Below the pieces are notes generated by a model. The model was given only the letters and a program-made list of their open reading frames with translations. It was not told the origin of the DNA and ran no database searches. Of a DNA stretch of 31,606 bases, positions 26,188-31,606 are shown piece by piece. The stretch lies in assembly GCA_934691225.1 (NCBI GenBank), contig CAKUSQ010000003.1, positions 1 through 31,606 of the forward strand, given 5' to 3'. The stretch is from an uncultured Opitutales bacterium. GTDB lineage: Bacteria; Verrucomicrobiota; Verrucomicrobiia; Opitutales; UBA9783. Position numbers and translations under genes: made by a program. The first letter of the stretch is position 1. Every line of letters starts with the position of its first letter.

Positions 26188-27177
26188 TTACTCTTCTTTC
26201 AATTCTCTTGTCATCAGAGATTTTACAGCTAAACTTAAAGCATAATTTTCATAAAAAACTCGATACAAACTTTCTAAAATGGGCGCATCCAATCGATAAA
26301 TTTTTACTAATTTTTCAAAACACTCTATGCTCCAATATCCTTCAACGGTTTTATCTTTCAACAGGGCATCTATCGTTTCACCACGAGCAAAATCATGTCC
26401 GAAACTACGATTTCGACTCCACGAACCCTGCGCAGTTGCTATCAAATCCCCTAAACCGCTTAAACCATAAAAAGTTTCCTTTTGCCCTCCTAAATGCACA
26501 CCTAAATACGCCATTTCTTTCAAGGCTCTCGTTAAATAAGCAGATCTAGCGTTATCACCCAATTCTAAGCCATCCAAAATACCTGCGCCTACAGCATAAA
26601 TATTCTTAAGGCAGCTTCCTAATTCAACTCCTCGCAAATCTCGGCTTCGATAAACACGCACTGAATCGGTACTTAAACGTTGCTGCAATAAACTTAATAT
26701 ACCTTCAAAATCACCGGCCAACACCATGGCAGCAGGCTTACCTAAAGAAAACTCGCGCGCATAAGTAGGTCCCGATAAACAAGCTACAGGGACATCAGGC
26801 AAAATTGACGCAATCATTTCCGACGGCGTCTTTAAAGAACTTCGATTCAAACCTTTTACGAGAGAAATAACACATTTTAACTGAGATTGCAGCGGTTTCA
26901 AAAGCTGGCAAACTTGCACTAACCCTTGCGTTGGACAAGCCAAAAAAACAACTGTATTTTCATCCACATAAGACTCAAATGCAACATCGACTATCAAATT
27001 ATCAGGGAACGAAACATTTGGTAAATAGTAACTATTCTCACGTTTTTCACGCATATTAGCTGCTTTTTCTTCACTTCTTGGAACTAAAACAGTTTTCACG
27101 TTCATTTTGGACAAATGGATAGCCATCGCTGTCCCCCAAGCGCCAGCTCCCATAACAACAAAATTCAACGTTTCCAT
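26188..27177 (-). CDS. gpsA: NAD(P)H-dependent glycerol-3-phosphate dehydrogenase
   Basis: N-terminal VVMGAGAWGTAMA, plus LSGPTYAREF and WSRNRSFG motifs. Confidence 0.92.
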   Translation of the reverse strand: METLNFVVMGAGAWGTAMAIHLSKMNVKTVLVPRSEEKAANMREKRENSYYLPNVSFPDNLIVDVAFESYVDENTVVFLACPTQGLVQVCQLLKPLQSQLKCVISLVKGLNRSSLKTPSEMIASILPDVPVACLSGPTYAREFSLGKPAAMVLAGDFEGILSLLQQRLSTDSVRVYRSRDLRGVELGSCLKNIYAVGAGILDGLELGDNARSAYLTRALKEMAYLGVHLGGQKETFYGLSGLGDLIATAQGSWSRNRSFGHDFARGETIDALLKDKTVEGYWSIECFEKLVKIYRLDAPILESLYRVFYENYALSLAVKSLMTRELKEE

Positions 27178-27180
27178 AGT

Positions 27181-27972
27181 TCAGATGGCCCTTTCAACAA
27201 CATTTTCATCAAAATAATTGAAATCCATTCCTGCATTTACAACTATCGTTTGACCATTAATACCACTGGACATGGGGCTCAAAAGAAACCCAATAACATT
27301 AGCGACTTCTTGCGTCTCTAAAGCACGTTTCCGCAATGTTAATTTTTCTGCAAACAAATAATTTTTTAAAAAACCAGGGATGCCGGCAGAAGCACTCGTT
27401 TTTAATGGCCCTGAACCTACACAATTAAAACGAATTTCTGTATCCGAGCTGAAAGACTTAGCTAAAAAACGAACAGTACTCTCTAATGCAGCTTTTATGG
27501 GTGACATGTATCCATAATGAACCGCAGTAACTTGTGAAGAAATTCCAACTGTAACGACCGAAGCTTTTGTATTTAATAAAGGTTTAAACCATCGTGCAAT
27601 TTCAACTAAGGAAAAACAAGAAATTTGTGCTGCTTGTAAAAAATCTGCACGGCATGTTTCGTAAAAAGGCTTAAAACCTTCAGAAAAATTAGCAAACGCC
27701 AACGCATGTAAAATTCCATCTAAACAAACACATTCATTTTCAATCTCTTGCCTTAAACGCTGAATAGCGCCTTCATCCTCCACATCGCATACCCATAAAC
27801 GTTTTGGATCTATCCAACGAGAAAGTTCTTCGCGCCGTTTTTCCGAGCGAACCGAATACAAAACATTAGCCCCACTGCTTTCAAGCAATTTACCTGTAAA
27901 CCAAGCAATACTTTTTCGATTAGCTAAACCAAAAATTAAAAATGTCTTTTGTCGCAAATCTAAAAGACTCAT
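27181..27972 (-). CDS. fabI: Enoyl-[acyl-carrier-protein] reductase (NADH), FabI type
   Basis: SDR fold with IFGLANRKSIAW, a Y-x6-K active-site spacing (YGYMSPIKAALES) and GQTIVVNAGMD. Somewhat divergent from textbook FabI. Confidence 0.8.
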   Translation of the reverse strand: MSLLDLRQKTFLIFGLANRKSIAWFTGKLLESSGANVLYSVRSEKRREELSRWIDPKRLWVCDVEDEGAIQRLRQEIENECVCLDGILHALAFANFSEGFKPFYETCRADFLQAAQISCFSLVEIARWFKPLLNTKASVVTVGISSQVTAVHYGYMSPIKAALESTVRFLAKSFSSDTEIRFNCVGSGPLKTSASAGIPGFLKNYLFAEKLTLRKRALETQEVANVIGFLLSPMSSGINGQTIVVNAGMDFNYFDENVVERAI

Positions 27973-28427
27973 AAATTTAGCGCCTTTACCATCCCTAAAA
28001 CAAATTCAACGCTCACTAACAACTGACCTTCTTTTCGAGCAGCTCCTTTGAAAAAATAAAAATCTTTTATTTTTTGTGTAAAATTTGCTTCTAATGTCAA
28101 TCTATCACCTGGAAATGCCATATTTTTAAACCTAGCTGACTCTATTCTCGTTAATACAGGCACTTTCCCTTCCAAATCTTTTAAATCCAGCAATTTTTGT
28201 CGCATAAATACGCCAGCTGTCTGAAAAATAGCCTCACACATCAACACACCGGGCATCAAAGGCATCTGCGGATAATGCCCTTTAAAGAAAAACTCATCCG
28301 TTTTAAGTACCCGTTCCGCAGTGATAGATGTATCTGTCAACGCCAAAACACAATCAACAAATAAAAATGGAGAACGATGCGGTATAGATGTTAAAACTTC
28401 TTCTGATGCGTTTTCTTTTTCAACCAT
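27969..28427 (-). CDS. fabZ: 3-hydroxyacyl-[acyl-carrier-protein] dehydratase FabZ
   Basis: IPHRSPFLFVD and FFFKGHYPQMPLMPGVLMCEAIFQTAG hot-dog-fold motifs. Stop overlaps the fabI start (ATGA-type 4-nt overlap). Confidence 0.88.
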   Translation of the reverse strand: MVEKENASEEVLTSIPHRSPFLFVDCVLALTDTSITAERVLKTDEFFFKGHYPQMPLMPGVLMCEAIFQTAGVFMRQKLLDLKDLEGKVPVLTRIESARFKNMAFPGDRLTLEANFTQKIKDFYFFKGAARKEGQLLVSVEFVLGMVKALNL

Positions 28428-28433
28428 ACTTTT

Positions 28434-28461
28434 TTTATAAATTACCCGCCAAAAAATGCAA
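28434..28461 (-). promoter_or_regulatory. Candidate internal promoter of fabZ-fabI-gpsA, leaderless geometry
   Basis: Minus strand: TTGCAT (28461-28456), 16 nt, TATAAA (28439-28434), 6 nt, ATG 28427. Confidence 0.45.
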
Positions 28462-28472
28462 CTAAAATATGT

Positions 28473-29279
28473 TTATATTTCAGCGGACTCCATTTTGAAA
28501 ATTCGTTCGATAGAAATTGCTTGCTTAGTTTCCAAATCTAAGCGAACAAACACTCCATTGATCATCGATAAACCACTAGCAACTTCAAAACGGCAAGGTT
28601 TTCCATATTTTGATTTTTCAATGATTGTATCTACACGAAAACCCAAAATACTATTGTAAGCGCCACACATCCCTAAATCACAAATAAACGCCGTTTTCTT
28701 ATTTAAAATTCGCTCGTCGGCCGTTTGTACGTGCGTGTGAGTACCCACCACACAACTCACACCTAAATCCGACAAAAACCAACCCAGCGCATATTTTTCA
28801 GCTGTAGCTTCTGCATGAATATCAACAACAAAATTTTCAATTCCCTCGGACTTAAGCTGACTAATCATTGCTTCAGCTGTCTTAAATGGGCAATCCAACG
28901 TTAAATTCGAAAAAGCACGTCCTATTAAATTAAATAAGGCAATTTTACATCCTTTACACTCGAAAACAAGGTACCTGTTTCCGGGACATTCTTGAGGTAA
29001 ATTAACAGGCCGACATACATAATCTAATGATTGAATTTCACTCCAAAAACAACGCTGATCCCACGTATGGTTGCCCAATGTAATCCCATGAATACCCAAT
29101 GTTTTAAGTTCCGTCGCTACCGAAGCATTTAAACCGAAACCACCCGCTGCGTTTTCGCCATTAGCAAATACAAGATCAGGCTTGTAAAAGTCACACAAAA
29201 CAGGTAGTTGTTCTTTTAAAAATACTCTTCCTGGACGACCTACAATATCGCCAAAAAATAACAAACGACATTCACTCAT
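28473..29279 (-). CDS. YmdB-family metallophosphoesterase (2',3'-cyclic-nucleotide phosphodiesterase-like)
   Basis: RLLFFGDIVGRPGR, NGENAAGGFG, LGNHTWD, DIHAEATAEK and GTHTHVQTADE. True start is ATG 29279 (MSECRLLFFGD). The ORF-track extension to 29321 runs into the tRNA gene. Confidence 0.88.
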   Translation of the reverse strand: MSECRLLFFGDIVGRPGRVFLKEQLPVLCDFYKPDLVFANGENAAGGFGLNASVATELKTLGIHGITLGNHTWDQRCFWSEIQSLDYVCRPVNLPQECPGNRYLVFECKGCKIALFNLIGRAFSNLTLDCPFKTAEAMISQLKSEGIENFVVDIHAEATAEKYALGWFLSDLGVSCVVGTHTHVQTADERILNKKTAFICDLGMCGAYNSILGFRVDTIIEKSKYGKPCRFEVASGLSMINGVFVRLDLETKQAISIERIFKMESAEI

Positions 29280-29287
29280 GCGAAAAT

Positions 29288-29363
29288 TGGTGGGCCCTGT
29301 AGGATTCGAACCTACGACCAAAGGATTATGAGTCCTCTGCTCTAACCGCTGAGCTAAGAGCCC
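29288..29363 (-). tRNA. tRNA with CAU anticodon, elongator type; body resembles tRNA-Ile2 (lysidine) more than initiator Met
   Basis: Reverse complement GGGCTCTTAGCTCAGCGGTTAGAGCAGAGGACTCATAATCCTTTGGTCGTAGGTTCGAATCCTACAGGGCCCACCA folds as a cloverleaf: acceptor GGGCTCT/AGGGCCC, D arm GCTC/GAGC, anticodon loop CTCATAA, T arm GTAGG/CCTAC, CCA encoded. It has no C1:A72 mismatch and no GGG/CCC anticodon stem, so it is not an initiator. Ile2 versus elongator Met cannot be settled by eye. Confidence 0.93.
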
Positions 29364-29373
29364 TTAGGTATTA

Positions 29374-29403
29374 AAATTACCACAAACACCGCTAACAGTT
29401 CAA
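29374..29403 (-). promoter_or_regulatory. Candidate promoter of tRNA(CAU) and probably downstream ymdB
   Basis: Minus strand: TTGAAC (29403-29398), 18 nt, TAATTT (29379-29374), 10 nt, tRNA 5' end at 29363. Confidence 0.35.
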
Positions 29404-29520
29404 GCTTTTTTTAAACAAATTTACTTAAACTATTAAATTAGAACAACTTAAAGATACAACTACAAAGGCAATAACTTATAATTATTGTCCTATTCCCAAA
29501 AATAACAAAAACTTAAAATA

Positions 29521-29678
29521 TTATTGTTTTGGTTTGATACCAAATACACGTTTAATAGCACCAAAAACTTTTGCAAATGAGTTTCTAAAAAAATAAACAA
29601 CTGTTAAAGCACCTGCAATCAGACTTTGAACAACAAGTCCACCTAAACCTGGATCAATATAACCAAAGAATTAAACAT
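29521..29678 (-). pseudogene. Small (~52 codon) single-TM membrane ORF, apparently frame-disrupted after codon 3
   Basis: Below the ORF-track size cutoff. ATG 29678 opens M-F-N-S-L-V-I-L-I-Q-V-stop. The adjacent frame from 29670 reads FFGYIDPGLGGLVVQSLIAGALTVVYFFRNSFAKVFGAIKRVFGIKPKQ-stop (TAA 29523-29521). That frame contains no ATG, GTG or TTG and follows an in-frame TAA. One extra base near 29670-29673 would fuse the two frames. Confidence 0.45.
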
Positions 29679-29688
29679 AATTGTACTT

Positions 29689-29716
29689 AATGTAGATGAA
29701 TAAAAATAAACGTCAA
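29689..29716 (-). promoter_or_regulatory. Candidate promoter of the small membrane ORF
   Basis: Minus strand: TTGACG (29716-29711), 16 nt, TACATT (29694-29689), 10 nt, ATG 29678. Confidence 0.4.
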
Positions 29717-29747
29717 CATAATCTTTTAAATAAATTCAATATAATTT

Positions 29748-31606
29748 TCAATTCTTTGTAACGGCCTCCTGATTAGACTCAACTTTATCATAACTGACAC
29801 GCGAATGTAACATACTCAATAAAACCATTTGAAATGTCTTTTTAATAATATCCAAATCTTGTAACGTGATATTGCACTCATTAAATTGCTCCATTTCAAT
29901 ACGCTCCTTTATGATTTTCACCACTAAATCTTGCACCGATTGCGGGGTTACTTTTTCTAAACTTCGACTAGCAGCTTCTATCGCATCAGCCAAAAGTATG
30001 ATTGCAGATTCCTTAAATTGTGGTTTTGGTCCATCATAATGAAAAATTTTTTCATCTACAACCTCCCCTTCTTCCTTCATCAACAATGCTTTTTTGTAAA
30101 AGTATTGCATTAATGTAGTTCCATGATGTTGCTGTATAATATCAATAACCGTTCTTGGTAATTTATACATTTTAGCTAACTCAACACCTTCTTTGACATG
30201 ACTTTTAAGAATGATAGCACTCATCGAAGGTGACTGATTTTTATGCGGATTTTCCTCACCTTTCTGGTTTTCAGTAAAATATTCTGGTTTTACTAATTTC
30301 CCGATATCATGATACAAAGAACAGCACCGACAAAGCAACGGATTTGCTCCAATCTCACCTGCAACCTTCTCCGACAAAGAAGCTACCATTAAGCTATGAT
30401 GGTACGTACCAGGTGCTAACATTTGCAATTTTTTCAGCAGAGGATGATTATAATCCGTTAAACTAAGGAACGTCATATTCGTTGTATAACGAAAAGCTTT
30501 TTCAAGCAAAGGAATCAAATTAAGCACCAAAAATATAGTAAAAATCCCACCAACAATGATCGCAGCTACTTGCCGTAAACACATTTCTATTGTAAGATGT
30601 TGCACCATTATCCCATGCGTAAACACAAGCAATGATGAAAGCAAATAAGCATACGCACTTGCCCGAACGATATCTTCTTTAAATCTAACTTTACGACAAA
30701 GAAAAACAATGAAAACCCCTACTAAAAGATCTAATAGAAACGACTCAAACGTTCCATACACAATAAATGCTTTTACACCTACAACAAAAAACGTGCAAAT
30801 GAACCCAACCAACGCATCTGTCAATGAAGTTATAAGTAAACTTGACAAAAAAGTAGGTACCAAAAAGGTTGCAAAGGACGCAAACAAGCAAGCTTGCCCT
30901 ACTGTCACATGTTGACAAATAATATTAACTAACCGAATAAGGATCACATTAAAAATTAATGTGCTACCCACAACGATTTTTAACCGAACAGAAACATTCA
31001 AACGTGTAGGAAATATTTTTAATATAAATACAAAAATTCCAAATAGAAATCCAATTAAAAAAACTTTTTTTAATAAAACTGTATGGCAAGCCATACGATA
31101 GGTATCTTCATTTTCAAGAACCTTAAAATATGCTTCATAACACTCGTAAACTTCTGGTGTAACCATTTGACCATTTTCAACAATGATTGAACCTCTTGCA
31201 ACTTTTATAACCACATTAGGTGTTCTTTCGACAAACTGATTGATCTTTTCCTGAGTCTTTTGTTTATCATACACCAAGTTAGGAACAAGGCCGTACTTAC
31301 AAACATGAAGGAGTGCATTAGCCACCTCATACTCAATATCCATAATGAACAAATTCATACGTAGGCAGCGCAAAGCATTACCTTTGCTTTGCAAACGTTC
31401 ATTGTCATCATTTTCTTTACTGATGCTGGAAAAAAAGTTTTCCTCGCCCCCAGGTCTAAAATCAATATCATCAAAAATACCTTTTTGAACAATTCCTTGA
31501 AGAATAAACAGACTTTCATCCATCAATCGGTTACGTTGCAAATTTGAAGAAATCCCTAACAAAATTTCTACATCATCTTTATCTAATAATATGTTATATT
31601 TTGTAT
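29748..31606 (-). CDS. 7TM-receptor with intracellular HD hydrolase domain (PgpH/YqfF-like, putative cyclic-di-AMP phosphodiesterase); N-terminus outside window
   Basis: Seven TM helices followed by an HD domain (HHSLMVASL...LYHDIGK...QQHHGTTLMQYF). The reading frame stays open upstream of the listed TTG 31562 to the window edge (TKYNILLDKDDVEI...), so the gene probably starts beyond 31606. Confidence 0.85.
   Translation of the reverse strand, partial: TKYNILLDKDDVEILLGISSNLQRNRLMDESLFILQGIVQKGIFDDIDFRPGGEENFFSSISKENDDNERLQSKGNALRCLRMNLFIMDIEYEVANALLHVCKYGLVPNLVYDKQKTQEKINQFVERTPNVVIKVARGSIIVENGQMVTPEVYECYEAYFKVLENEDTYRMACHTVLLKKVFLIGFLFGIFVFILKIFPTRLNVSVRLKIVVGSTLIFNVILIRLVNIICQHVTVGQACLFASFATFLVPTFLSSLLITSLTDALVGFICTFFVVGVKAFIVYGTFESFLLDLLVGVFIVFLCRKVRFKEDIVRASAYAYLLSSLLVFTHGIMVQHLTIEMCLRQVAAIIVGGIFTIFLVLNLIPLLEKAFRYTTNMTFLSLTDYNHPLLKKLQMLAPGTYHHSLMVASLSEKVAGEIGANPLLCRCCSLYHDIGKLVKPEYFTENQKGEENPHKNQSPSMSAIILKSHVKEGVELAKMYKLPRTVIDIIQQHHGTTLMQYFYKKALLMKEEGEVVDEKIFHYDGPKPQFKESAIILLADAIEAASRSLEKVTPQSVQDLVVKIIKERIEMEQFNECNITLQDLDIIKKTFQMVLLSMLHSRVSYDKVESNQEAVTKN

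Noticed and set aside
29280-29321. N-terminal extension of the ymdB-like ORF (MVVGSNPTGPTNFR...).
   Set aside because: The extension is the reverse-strand reading of the tRNA(CAU) 3' half. The family N-terminus (MSECRLLFFGD) begins at ATG 29279.
29667-29678. Programmed -1 frameshift to join ATG 29678 with the 49-codon frame.
   Set aside because: ATG-TTT-AAT-TCT contains no X-XXY-YYZ slippery heptamer, and I see no downstream stimulatory structure. A mutation or assembly indel is the simpler explanation.

Overview
AT-rich (mid-30s % GC by eye), very gene-dense (~95% coding, many ATGA or overlapping junctions) chromosomal segment of a reduced Gram-negative genome. It carries a host-dependent, probably obligate-intracellular signature: two NTT/Tlc-family nucleotide (ATP/ADP-type) transporter paralogues, and the type III secretion export-gate gene sctV with a small TPR chaperone. 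These sit among housekeeping genes: feoB 3' part, rluA-like, DapL-like class-I aminotransferase, tRNA-Leu(CAA), dnaN, lolC/E-lolD, a Gfo/Idh/MocA dehydrogenase, lpxB, DUF167, ligA, an SSS symporter, SulP-STAS permease, ldhA, PBP2, gpmA, gpsA, fabI, fabZ, ymdB-like, tRNA(CAU) and a 7TM-HD/PgpH-like gene that runs off the 3' edge. Lineage cannot be fixed from this window: NTT + T3SS + stand-alone PBP2 looks Chlamydiae/PVC-like, but the SctV/SctY pair looks Ysc-like. I found no rRNA, CRISPR, transposase, integrase, phage or recognisable defence genes, so this is core genome rather than an accessory island, and I cannot point to a clear-cut new multi-gene system. Best follow-up candidates: (1) an isolated SctY(YscY)-like chaperone + SctV pair with no SctX or other T3SS neighbours; (2) a 5-TM histidine-kinase-like protein with an intact H-box but degenerate ATP-binding boxes, coupled behind an SSS transporter; (3) a gpmA / lone prepilin-like / orphan PAS-kinase unit with overlapping junctions; (4) a recurrent promoter geometry (-35 hexamer starting 34-38 nt before the ATG) at seven transcription-unit heads, implying leaderless or near-leaderless mRNAs and revising several start codons; (5) a tRNA(CAU) gene ending 8 nt before the ymdB start; (6) a promoter-equipped but frame-disrupted ~50-codon membrane ORF absent from the ORF track. 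All functional calls rest on motif recognition by eye; no searches were run.
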